From the NCBI RefSeq assembly GCF_018977255.1, contig NW_024704742.1, positions 133,736,001-133,800,000 of the forward strand: a stretch of 64,000 nucleotides of DNA. The letters run 5' to 3'. The DNA comes from Callorhinchus milii (lineage: Eukaryota). Of this stretch, positions 51,361-63,365 are shown piece by piece (within the stretch, counting starts at the first letter, position 1; the number at the start of each line of letters is the position of its first letter). Below the pieces are notes generated by a model, which saw nothing but the letters and a program-made list of their open reading frames with translations, was not told the DNA's origin and ran no database searches. The translations under genes were made by a program, and so were the position numbers.

Positions 51361-52552
51361 ATTCTGTCTTCATTCATAATTCTTAATATTCAATACATGA
51401 AGCAGTCTAACAAATTCAAACACATCAGCTGATGTCAAATTCTCTTTGGCTGGAATATTGGAAGTTGATGCATTTTTGATAGTGGAATATATTATTTCTA
51501 TAGAGACCCAGCATAGCTAATTGCAGATCAGAAGGGTTGATAGTGATGATTAGATGCCCTGAGGTAACACACTTTGATGTACATTAAATATATATTTCTC
51601 TCTCAATCTCTCGCTCTCTCTGATGAAAGTGTGTTCTTCAAAAAGATTTTAGCTGTTGGAAATGTTTGGAGCCTGGAGTTATTTTGCACACTGTGTTGGT
51701 TCACTATCTTCACTGGGCTTTTCATCATTGGCTCATTGTGATTTAGTTATCTGGATTGCTGAGGAAGAATCCTTAGGATGAAGCTACACAGATCTGACTG
51801 CTTCACAGAATGTATTGTAAAGACTGATTCCCCCCGGCTCGGAGTCAGACTCCACCAGTGTTAAGCTCTCTGGGACGCTACATGGCATGAAGGGAGCTAT
51901 ATAAATGCACGTTGTTGTTGTAAAGTGGAATTACTGTAATTTGTGGGTAAAACGCAGCAGCCAATTGCGCACAGCAGTGTCCCATTCATGGATTGAGTGA
52001 CCAAACTTTTTTTGGGGGGATTATTACCCCTGAAAAGTGATCTGCCAATCTACCAACAACCAGATTTCTACTTACTATTATATAAACAGAGGCGTGCAGA
52101 GTAAGGAACTTTGAAAGTTTCACCCTGCCCGGGAATCGCACTATACTAATTACTACAGGACTCAAAGAATGAGGATTTCTTTAAGAGTGAATCTGGCTTT
52201 CAGTGGGGAGAAATTCCACCTAGGTATATATGTGTACAATAATACACTATTAATTTGCATATATTTATTGCCCTTCATGCAGTCTGACGTCTTCGTTTCC
52301 TTCCTGGCTTGGCACCAAGCCACTGTTGTGGAAGGGAAGATGACTGTAGAAGAGGAAAGTCTTCAGGTGTGTTGTGAAGACTGTTGAAATTGGAATTGGC
52401 CATGCTTTCAGCCAATATGGCCCGATTTTCCAGAATTTTATCTGGGAGATTGTCGGCCAGGATACTGGAAGAAACTTCCTCTCTTTTCAAATCGTGCCGA
52501 AGGATCTTTGGTGTCCACCTGAACAGGCAGACGTGTCCTCAGTTATATAATA

Positions 52553-52931
52553 TATAATAATCCTTACATTTGATATGGCGCCTTATCACGTCTTCGAGAT
52601 GTCTTAAAGCGCTTCACAGAATATTCTGTAAAGTGAATTGACTGTATATTTTTCAGGCGAAACATGGCAGCCAATTGCGTACAGCAGCATCCCACAAACA
52701 GCCATGGATTGAGGTGCCAAATTATTATTATTTTATTTATATTTGAAAGGATTAATACTCCCCGGAAAAGCAATCTGCCAATCGACCAACAACAGAGATC
52801 CTATCCACTGCTAAGTATACAGAAGCGTGTGGAGCAAGGAAATTTGCCTAAGGTTTTGCACTGACTGGGAACCGAACCTGGGTCCTCTTGCTTGCGAGGC
52901 AAGTGTTCTACCCAATGTGCTACAGGACTCC
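52553..52931 (-). mobile_element. tRNA-derived SINE nested in a Deu SINE
   Basis: Antisense full-length copy; Deu sequence at ~52430-52545 continues at ~52935-53122. Confidence 0.85.
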
Positions 52932-53126
52932 ACAGTTTAATATCTTGGCCAAATGAGAGCACCTCCGACAATACAGAAAACCCCACTGCCCAGACACACA
53001 AATACACACCCCCTGCACTGCACAGGAGAGTCAGCCTAGAGTTCAAAGTCCCGACCTGGGGCTTGGACCCGCAGCATTCTGACTCAGAAGCCAGTGTGCT
53101 GACAACCAAACCAAGCTGACACCTTT

Positions 53127-53430
53127 AATAATAATAATAATAATAATCCTTGCATTTGATATAGCGCTTTTCACGTCGGGAGGATGTCCCAAAGCGCTTC
53201 ACAGAACACACTGTAAAGTGAATTGACTGTACATTTGTGGGCGAACGCGGCAGCCAATTGCGCACAGCAATGTCCCACAAACAGTCGTGGATTGAAAATG
53301 ACCAATTTATTATTGTTTTTGGTTTTTGGAGGGATTATTATTAGGCTCTGTGTGGAGTAAGGAAACTTGCCCAAGGTTTCGCCCTGCCTGGAATTGAACT
53401 CAGGTCTCTCGCTTGCAAAGCGAGTGCTCT
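53127..53430 (-). mobile_element. Young tRNA-derived SINE, 5' end clipped
   Basis: Same family; lacks the A box. Confidence 0.92.
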
Positions 53431-53875
53431 TTAACATCCATGGGTAATTTAAAAAGTCTCGCCACACGATTTATTCAAGAGAAGTATTCAAATACATATT
53501 GCACGCAAAGGGTACAAATTGTAATATAAAAATAAATAAGAAATATTTCTGTGCCTGCCCGGGGTGAAATTCATAACACCCAAGATCAATTAATTTAACA
53601 ACAAGGCAGAACTTGGTGAAACAATTTTCAATGTAAGCATACAATTTAGCAGCTAATACCTCAGCAAGATTTACTTTGGATTTAGATCAACCTAAAAATA
53701 GCAGAAGATATTTCACTTTGAGCAATTCGCTCGCAAGGCAAACAACAGGGGTTAACACACAGCCAAGTTTGAAATATTTTCTCTATCCTGTTGTTGACAT
53801 GGTTTGCACGACTGTAAGACAATTTCTCCCAGTGACCCCCTGTGGCTGCAGTGTGTTCAGTCTGCAAATAATGTA

Positions 53876-54100
53876 CAGGATGCCCACAAAGTCCTTTTAT
53901 CTCGCCCCTTACCTCTTGATGGTGCTCACACACACACACACACTGATCCTCTGGACATCTGAATCCAGTTAAACACTTATACTGAATACAATTAAGTGCT
54001 TCTAAATACAATTATCATCATTCTTCCACGTGTTTCAGTTGCTGATCAGCTCACGGTAGAAAAACAAACATGGAGTTAATAGGACTTTGTGGACACCCTG
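53876..54100. mobile_element. Tc1/mariner-type MITE, 225 bp
   Basis: TIRs caggatgcccacaaagtcc / ggactttgtggacaccctg (2 mismatches in 19), flanked by TA on both sides, with no coding capacity. Confidence 0.8.
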
Positions 54101-56490
54101 TACTTGGCTTGGCTAACATAGGCCTGCTGTGCATCCCCTGGTCTCTCCCCGTCACCAATGGTGGCTGTGTCTTCAGCCATAAAGCCCCTAACCTCTAGGC
54201 TAGTTGGTTCTACAGTACTACAGTGCTTTCAATGGCAAGGGGAAGGGGGAGATGAGCCTAGGTATGGTCGAAGAGGAAGGTCTTCAGGGGCGACCTGAAG
54301 ATGGGGATGGAAGGGACAAGGCAGAGGAATAGAGGAAGAGTGTTCCAGAGTTAACACTCACTCTGCGAATCCCCAAGCCTTAACTCTTGCCAGCCTGCGT
54401 CTGATACTCTCTGGATTCGGCAAGCAGGATGTGACCCTCAAGATCGAGAGTGTGCATTCATAGGAAGATAGAAATTTCTCCAGGGCACGGATGATTACAG
54501 CAGAGGCAGCCTGGCTTGTTGGCAGGATTTGGAGGAGCAGAGCCAGAGATTCATCCATTCTGTTAATGCTGGAAACCAAATCCCTAACTATTAAGCATCT
54601 ATTTCAAACACCCGGCTGTTCAAAAAAAATTTGAGGGAGTAAGTCGAAACTGAAACAGGTAAAGAAAGGAATCAAACATTCCTGTTAATGCAAGTTGGAT
54701 CCTAATAAGTTGCATGAGATAGCTTTCAGAAAATGCTGGCTTATCTGACGAGCAGTTGCTGCTGTGTTGCCTTATTAGCAGAGGTGCTAACTACTGAGCT
54801 ATGATAAGTCTGACCTCAACAAACGAAAACCGAATGGGATCAATACCCAGAAGGTAAATTGCTGAATACCTGCAAGAAACTAACGTAATAGACAACATTA
54901 TCTCAACAACCTCATTGCTTCAAACATTTCAAAAGGCTTCACAGATTTTTTCTGTCAAATTGGTGACTGTATTTGTAGGTGATTATGGCGGCCAATTTGC
55001 GCACAGCAATGTACCACAAACAACCATGAAATGAATGCCAGCAATCGTGCAGATGCATTTTTATCTGAGGGGTTGTCGGGCAGAACGTTACCAGCTAACA
55101 GATGAGCAAGATCGTAGAAACTGTGTGTAGAGATTGCAGCAGTTAAAAAAATCTAAAGCGAGCTGTTAAAAACAACAGATAGCTTTCTTAACAATATAAG
55201 TTAATATACATCAGTCAATGCCTCGTCATCTCGAAAATTTCAAAGCACTTTGTAGATTTTTTTTCTGTGTAGCATAGTGACTGTTTTGAACATGGCAGCC
55301 AATTTGCTGAAACATTAATGATAATAATAATAATCCTTGCATTTGACATAGCGCTTTTCACGTCTTCGAGACCATTTCAAAGCGCTTCACAGATTATACT
55401 GTAAAGTGAATTGACTGTATATTTGTGGGCGATAAAACAAATATAAAACAAGATACTTCAGAAGCATGTTTAAAATGTTGCCTATTTATTTCATATCCCC
55501 GGCTTTTCAATATAGGACGCAATGATAGAATTTTGAAGACAAGCAACTGGGACAATGCACAGTACTACAACAACAACTTGCACTTATATAGCACCCTCCA
55601 CGCAGGTTACCGTCTCAGAGCACTTAGTAGCAATACTTAGATATGAAGAAGGCTCAAAGAGAAATGGTCTGTTTTTNCTTTGAGATCTGAAGATCTAATT
55701 CCCTCACAGCAAATTAACTCATAGAATTGTAGTGTATTGGTATTGCGGAAAGCGATCCACTAATCAACTAACTACTGGATCCCTACTTACTGCTAGGTAA
55801 ACTGGAGTAAGAAAACTTGCCTAATGTTTTGCCCTGCCCAGGAATCAAACCCGCGTCCTCTCATTTGTGAAGCGAGCGTGCTTCGTAGGATATACTGCAA
55901 AGTGGATTGACAGGTTTATTGAGGGTAAATGTGGCAGCTAATTTATGTAAAGCAAAGTCCCACAAACAGCCTTGGAGTGATCGATTCTCCTCTCACAAGA
56001 TGTAGTCATTGTCTTTTATATCTCGACTTCCATCCAACTGAAAACACAAGTGAAGCAAAATGTCCAGAGAGAGCTCATCACTTTGAAATTATAATCATAA
56101 CAATTGTTGATGTTCACATACAAGGAAGGGTTGTAAAATATTAAGGGCTGCAACGATTTTGATAGAGCCAATGAATCATTCATGCTTCCATCAGTTCTTG
56201 GCATTATTAAAATCCTTCAGTTGTATTATAGCCTTGTAACATGGTTTCCCAGTCGGCTGCCTCTGCATTGCGAGCTTCAGGGCTATGCTAGTAAATTACA
56301 TTAACTTTACTTCAATTGTAATAGCTGCCGTACCATTTATATGTGCAGAAATTATTCCGTGGGGAATGCGGAAATGAGTTAGTGAGTCCTGTTGTCATCT
56401 GAGATTGCCATATGCGGTTCAGTCTCCTTCACTGGATATGTGGTATTACTTTCCATAATCAAAAAGGTCTTCCTGCATGAAAATGAAATT

Positions 56491-56809
56491 ATAATAATAA
56501 TAATAATCCTTGCATTTGATATAGTGCTTTTCATGTCTTCGAGACGTCTCAAAGCGCTTCACAGAATAGGCTGTAAAGTGAATTGACTGTATATTTGTGG
56601 GCGAAACGTGGCAGCCAATTGCGCACAGCAGTGTCCCACGAACAATCCTGGATTTAAAATGACCAATTTATTATTGTTTTGTTTTGGAGGGATTATTATT
56701 AGGTGTGCGGAGAAAGGAAACTTGCCCAAGGTTTCGCCCTGTGCCTGGAATTGAACCCAGGTGTTTCATTTGCAAGGCGAGTGCTCTAGCCGCTGAGCTA
56801 CAGGACTCC
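56491..56809 (-). mobile_element. tRNA-derived SINE, full length
   Basis: Same family; abuts another SINE at 56810-57095. Confidence 0.9.
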
Positions 56810-57621
56810 ACGATATAGTGCCTTATCACGTCATCGAGGCTTCTCAAAGTGCTTCACAGACTATTCTGTAAAGTGTGAATTGACTGTATATTTGGTGGCA
56901 GAAACGCGGCAGCCAATTGCGCACAGCAGCATCCCACAAACGGTCGTGGATTGAAGTGACCAATTTCTTTTTGTGAAGGGATTATTACACCCGAAAAAGC
57001 AATCTTCCAATGGACTAACAACCAGGTTACTATTTACTGCTAGGTAAACAGAGGTGTGTGTTGAGTAAGAAAACTTGCCTAAAATTTCGCCCTGAAATGA
57101 ATGAACATGAGATTAAATTACCCGATTAAATTACAAAGTGGGAATTCAATCTACCAATTAGTAATGGCTGGAGCTTTCTGATTTAACACCACTCCTCTTC
57201 TCTCTCCTCCCCTCCACACAAAATTAATTTTTTAAAATTAATTAATTAAAATTAAAATTAATTAATTGGCATTGACCTGCCATATAAATCCATCAGCTCC
57301 CTCTGCTCATCAAGCTCCCGCCTGCTCCATGTCTCCCGCCCGGTCCGCTCCACCATTGGTGGTCAGGCCTTCAGCTTATCTACCCCTACCTTTTAAAACT
57401 CCATCCCACAGTCCCTTCGCCTCACCCCCTACTTCCTTCAAGACTCATCTTCTACCCACATCCTCCATACCCACCAGCCCTCCTGATCCCAACCACTAGC
57501 TCAGGTCCAAATCCCTGACTGCCCAGCACCTTGGGATGTCCTCCCATGTGAAAGGCGCTGTGCAAATGCAATATGTTGTTGTTGTTGACACCCTGCGATA
57601 TGAAGGGTTATCAGTGCGGGA

Positions 57622-58648
57622 TCTGTTTAAGCTTGTGATCACTCAAAACAGGTCCTGTGATGCATTTGTGAGGGGAGATGGCAGAGACAGTGTCCCAACT
57701 CTTGCTCTGGGACCAGATACAGAAGCAGGGCCAGTGAGCCGAAAGGAAGATGGTAGCCTAGCCATATGGACAGGTCTGGGCTGTTGAGGAGAACATGCCT
57801 CAGCCATGGAGGTGAGAGCACCTGAGCCTATACAGGTGAGATACCTAAACCCATACAGATAAAACTATCTGAGCCCCTCAGACAACAGTACCTCCTGGGA
57901 TGGTAGAGGGAGCTGAGGTCACTTCCACTCCCCCGCTCGCATTGAAATAAACCGCTGGTTCGTAAACCAAGCCAGTCTCCTGTGCATAATGTCTCTGTCT
58001 GTCCATCTGTCTGTCAGTCTATCCATCCGTCTTTCAAAAGAAATAGAGGGGCTGTAAAAATATGGAATATCTTGCCAAAAACGGCTGCTGATTCCCATTT
58101 AGCAACAACAATTTGCACTTATATAGTGCCCTCCATGCAGGGTAGCATCTCAGAGTGCTTAACAATGGCAGAGACTGACTCCGAGCTGGTGGGGGATGGG
58201 GAGGTGGCCGTAAGCACGATTGAAGAGGATAGTTTTCAGGCTGGACTTGAAAAAAGGGAGAGAGGGGGCAAGGCGGAGGGATTAAGGGAGAGTGTTCCAG
58301 AGTTTCTGGGCACAGTGGCTGAAGGCGCAACCTCTGATGGTGGGGCGGAGGGTGTGAGGGATAAGCAGGAGGCCGGTGCCGGTCGAGCGGAGGCCCTGGG
58401 TGGTGGATTGGAGAGTGAGGAGGTCGGAGAGGTAGGGAGGTGCCGGGGAGTGAACACGAGTGTGAGGATCTTGTTAACTGGGAATTGAATCAAAACGTGC
58501 AGGAAATAAATGATATTGAAGCAGAATGGCTTTGCGATAGACAGCACACCCACTGCCCAGCCTGAGAAACTAAAACTGAGAAACTCTGCCACCTCCCCTC
58601 ACAAATGCAAAACAGGACCTGTTTTGAGTGATCACAAGCTTAAACAGA
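57622..58648. mobile_element. Element with 65-bp inverted arms (probable non-autonomous DNA transposon) carrying a nested L2 fragment
   Basis: 57622-57686 is the reverse complement of 58584-58648 with 3 mismatches; no TSD recognised. Confidence 0.65.
58102..58472 (-). mobile_element. L2 3' fragment nested in the inverted-arm element
   Basis: KILTLVF.. L2 C-terminal sequence and a caacaaca tail at 58103. Confidence 0.8.
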
Positions 58649-58768
58649 CCACTGTTGATCTGAATACATATTGTCGTATGATGCAATTATAGATGTGTAG
58701 TGCCTTTCACATCGGGAGGATGTCCCATGGCGCTGGACAATCAGGGATCATGCAAAAAGTCCATACGT

Positions 58769-59081
58769 GGAGTCCTGGAGCTCAGTGGTTAGAGCACTCA
58801 CCATGCAAGCGAGATACCTGGGTTCAATTCCAGACAGGGTGAAACCTTGGACAAGTTTCCTTACTCCACACGCCTGATAATAATCCCTCCAATAAACCAA
58901 ACAACAATAATTTGATCATTTTCAATCCGCACTGTTTGTGGGACACCGCTGTGTACAATTGGCTGCCGCATTTCGCCCACAAACATACAATCATTTCACT
59001 TTACAGTATATTCTGTGAAGCGCTTTGAGACGTCTAGAAGACGTGAAAAGCACTATATCAAATGCAAGAATTATTATTATT
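58769..59081 (+). mobile_element. tRNA-derived SINE, full length
   Basis: ggagtcctggagctcagtgg..aaatgcaagaattattattatt. Confidence 0.9.
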
Positions 59082-59405
59082 AAAAAAAAGGTTTCAGCGA
59101 GTCCATGCATATTAAAACCAAAAGAACTTGCGCTCAGCTGAGTCTCTTGTTAAACTGAAAACTACTCCCAGTCCGTGATAACTACAACAGTTTACAGCAC
59201 AGCATGTGAGTGCTGGCTCTCTGCTCTCTGTAAGAGCATATTTCGGATGATGTGATAAGAAGCTATCCTGAATGAAGGGCACTATATAAATACCTGTTCT
59301 CGCTGCTACATCAAAACTAAGGATTATTATTCTTCCTCTTCACTAAGATGCTAAAAAGAAACAAGTTACCATGGATGAAAGGTTTCAGTTATGAATGCAG
59401 GCTTA

Positions 59406-59625
59406 GAAACATAGAAACAGGAGTAGGCCATTTAGCGCCTCAAGCCTGTTCCACCATTCTATAAGATCATGGCTGATCAATGCCTCAACTCCAATTACCC
59501 GCCTTTCCCCCCGTTTCCCTTGATACTAACAAATCTAACAAATAGCTATCCACCTCAGTCTTGAAAATGTGAAAGGATCCAGCACCCACAGTCTTTTGGG
59601 GGAGAGTGTTTCAGATTCCCCCACT
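59406..59625 (-). mobile_element. CR1 3' end
   Basis: agaaacatagaaacaggagtaggccatt.. antisense CR1 terminus. Confidence 0.8.
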
Positions 59626-60174
59626 GCAATAGATCTGAGAAGCTTAAGGGTTTACTGATTGGGATTGTCAAGATTCTGAAGGATTATGATAGAGTAGAAA
59701 GTCACAGGTTATGTTTGTTGGTCAGTGAGTTTGTAGTAAGATGGCAACTTAAGATAACTTAAAATAACCTCTCCTTGAAGTGGAGATACAAACTGTATCC
59801 TACTGTACAGTGACATATACAGTTTCTGCAATAATTTTGTTTACTTTGTTCACAGTGTAATAACTTTGTATTTTGTAGTCGAACACAGTAGCCAATTTGT
59901 GCACAGCAATGCACAAACAGCCGTGAAGTGAATGACCAATTTTATCTGGGGGATTATTGGCCAGGACACCGGGAGAAACTTGCTTCACTTTTCGAATAGT
60001 GCCATGGGATCTTTAATGTTCACCTGAACTGAACTGGCAGATGGGACATTGTTTTTTAACCAACACCTCTTATTACTAAACTGGAGTGCGTGTTTACCTT
60101 TTCTAGCTTCTTCTACCAGTGTTGGTAGGGGAGGGTCAACTTTTATTTGCTATGAAAACAGACCACTTTAGATA

Positions 60175-60421
60175 TAATAATAATAATAATAATAATAATC
60201 CTTGCATTTGATATAGCGCTTTTCACGTCGGGAGGACGTCCCAAAGCGCTTCACAGAACACACTGTAAAGTGAATTGACTGTATATTTGTGGGCGAACAC
60301 AGCAGCCAATTGCGCACAGCAATGTCCCACAAACAGACGTAGATTGAAAATGACCAATTTATTATCGTTTTTGGTTTTGGAGGGATTATTATTAGGCTCT
60401 GTGTGGAGTAAGGAAACTTGC
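60175..60421 (-). mobile_element. Young SINE lacking the tRNA head
   Basis: Body and tail near-identical to the 7211 family. Confidence 0.9.
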
Positions 60422-61654
60422 ATGTTTATTTTGGGGGGAGGGTGTTTTCATGTTTAATATCACCTTCCCTGCCTATATCATGTTAAGCCGCATGCATGTG
60501 ATTCCCCTGTTCTGAAGAGGTCTGTACTTCTTCCCCATCATCTCTGTCCACGTTCACTCCATTGAACACATCTTCTGAAGAATGAAGGGCCACATTGTTG
60601 CCGCTACTTTCTCCCCCCCTCTCGGAACGTCTGATAAAAGTCACCACATAACAGTTCCGCAGTAAAATAATCCGCACTCGTCCTTAATTTATCTAATTTA
60701 CCAAAGCACTTAGAGCTTAGGACGAGAAAGAGCATGTGGCTCAAGGTTAAATGCGCAGGACATCAAACGAGTGACAACATTGATTGCAATCCACAGCTTA
60801 AGGGAATCATAGAACATCAAAGAGAGACATGTGACTTCACCAGTAAAACCATTATCTTCTGCGAAGGAAGCTCAGCTTGCCATGTACGACTAGAATCAGG
60901 GAATGTTTACCGCATCGGAAGAGACCACTTGTGCAACTGTGTCCGTGCTAGTCCTAGCTACTCCCTACTAATCCCATTCCCTGCTCTTTGAGATATCCTC
61001 CCGAAGTGAAAGGCACTGTATCAACTGCAAGAATTATTACATACTATTATATATTTTCCAATAGCCTTTCATATTGTAATTTTATTACAATTAACTGCCA
61101 TGTTGCACTCACCTAATATACAGTAAATTCACTTTACAGTATATTCTGTGAAGCGCTATTATTATTATTATTTAAGCGTCAGCCAGGCTCAGTTAGTAGC
61201 ACTGTTGCTTCAGGGTCAGAAGGTTGTGGGTTCAAGCCCCACGTCGGGACATGGAACCCCTATATTCCATGTTGACACCCCAGTGCAGTGGTAGGGGTGA
61301 GCTGCATTGTCGGAGGTACCATCCTTTAGTCAAATGCAGGGATTATCTACCCAGCAAAGGATGGCTCCAACAACAAGGCTCGTAGCTGAGCCAAAAGGCA
61401 TGAGAGCTGGCATTGAAATTTCAGAAGGATTTCAAAAATCCCAAAGAAAGATTTTATTTGTTTCATAAAAAGCCTGTTTGCAGTGACCACACGATTCAAA
61501 ATCAACTCCTTTTAATTAAATAATATTCCTTGCATTTGTTATTGCACATCATTGTGTCTTCATGTCGAATCAAAGGGTATTGACAGTCCACCCCGCAGGT
61601 GAGAGTGGGAGGAGAAACCGTTTGTGCAGATGTACTGCTGGCGGTTTGTGAGTT

Positions 61655-63365
61655 TCGTGGTCTGACAGTCCACCGCCAACTGTGGCTCGAGCATCTCCAC
61701 AGCTACCGCCGTTCTTTGACATGCGCAAAAACAGCCTTCTACTCCAACATCATCTTGGAGGTTAAATACAACCTGAAAGTCCTTTTTTCCACCACCCACT
61801 ACCTCCTCCGTGCCCCCCCTCAGGCCTCCTCAATCTTCATATCCAATGCCAAGTGCGAGGAGGTCATGGACTTCTTCTCATCTAAAATTCACAAAATCCG
61901 CCAGGCAGCCTCATCCACCTGCCTCTTGTCACCCACCACCATGCCCACTCTGTCCCCCTCACCCTCCCCATCATCTGCTCCTACCACCAACCCCATCCTA
62001 TATTCCTTCCTCCCTATCTCTCCCTCCTCTCTCTCACCCACGATCACCTCCATGAAACCCACCACTTGCTGCCTCGACCCCCTCCCCACCAACTTGTTGG
62101 TCACCCAGCTCCCCCTCCTCTATCCACTGTTGGCCAACGTCATCAACCAGTCCCTTTCCTCCGGATCAGTTCCTGCCCCCCCTCAAAACTGTTGTCATCA
62201 CCCCCTCCTCAAAAAACCTTCCCTAGATCCCTCAAACCCCAGCCACTACTGCCCCATTTGTATCCTGCCCTTCCTTGCTGAAGTCTTAGAACTCGTTGAT
62301 GCCAATCAACTTCACGCACACCTCTCTTCCCACTCCCTCTTCGAACCCCTCCAGTCCGGTTTCCACCCTGCCCACAGTACAAAGACTGCGCTTGTGAAAG
62401 TCACAGACGACATCCTCTCTATCTGTGACCAGGGCTGTCTCTGCCTCCTTGTCCTCCTGGACCTCTCCACCGCGTTCGACACAGTCGACCATGCCATCCT
62501 CCTCCACCGCCTTTCCTCTGTCATCCACCTCAGTAGGACCGCACTCGCCCCGGTTCGAGTCCTACCTCACAAACCGCCAGCAGTACATCTGCACAAACGG
62601 CTTCTCCTCCTGCTCTCACCTGGTTACCTGCAGGGTACCCCAAGGATCCATCCTTGGCCCCCTCCTCTTTCTGATCTACATGCTCCCTCTTGGGGATGTC
62701 ATCAGACATGGGTACATTTCCACATGTACACAGATGACACCCAACTCTATTTTTCCACCCCTCTTTACGACCCCCAGTCCCCTGATGTCAGTCAGCCTGC
62801 CTGTCAGATCTCGGGCTGGATGAGCGCAAATTTCCATACTCTTTGTCTCGACGTCTCAAATCCCATGGCTCTCACCTCCTCCACCTACCCACCTCCACCT
62901 AAAACTCTCCGAACCTGTATGCAATCTTGGCATCAGGTTCAACCCCCAATCCTTGTCCTTCCTCCCCCATATCCGGTCCCTCACCAGCACAGCTTTCTTC
63001 CATCTCTGACACATCACCCGTCTCCGTAAATACCTCTCTCCAAAGCCACTGAAACCCTAGTACATGCCTTTGTCACCTCTCGGCTGGTCTACTCTAATGC
63101 CCTCCTCACCGGTCTCCCATCCACCACTATCCATAAAATCCAAATTATCCAAAACTCTGCCGCCCGCATTCTCACCAGCACCAAATTACGTTCCCCGATT
63201 ACTCCATTCCTTGCCAGACTGCAATGGCCACCTATCCCAGAGAGGATCGACTTCAAGATCCTCACCTTTGTATCCCTTCCTATTTTCAGTTCTCTGCTGA
63301 AGACCTTTTTTTTCGACAGCACCTTTGGTCACCTTCCTTCCCCTCCCCTCTGACTCTGCTCCCTG
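61655..63365 (+). mobile_element. L2-clade LINE, degenerate ORF2/RT
   Basis: The 476-aa ORF and overlapping frames give LDPLPT, QSGFHPAHSTKTAL, VLLDLSTAFDTVDH, VPQGSILGPLLF and YTDDTQLY. Confidence 0.93.

Noticed and set aside
53660..53691. 32-nt minus-strand segment with good acceptor and donor
   Set aside because: It has stop codons in all three frames; at most a non-coding exon, and unsupported.
55670..55685. Single N base
   Set aside because: This is an assembly ambiguity, not a feature.
61599..63029. 476-aa ORF as a host gene
   Set aside because: It is L2 ORF2 with frameshifts, and its start comes from an inverted fragment.
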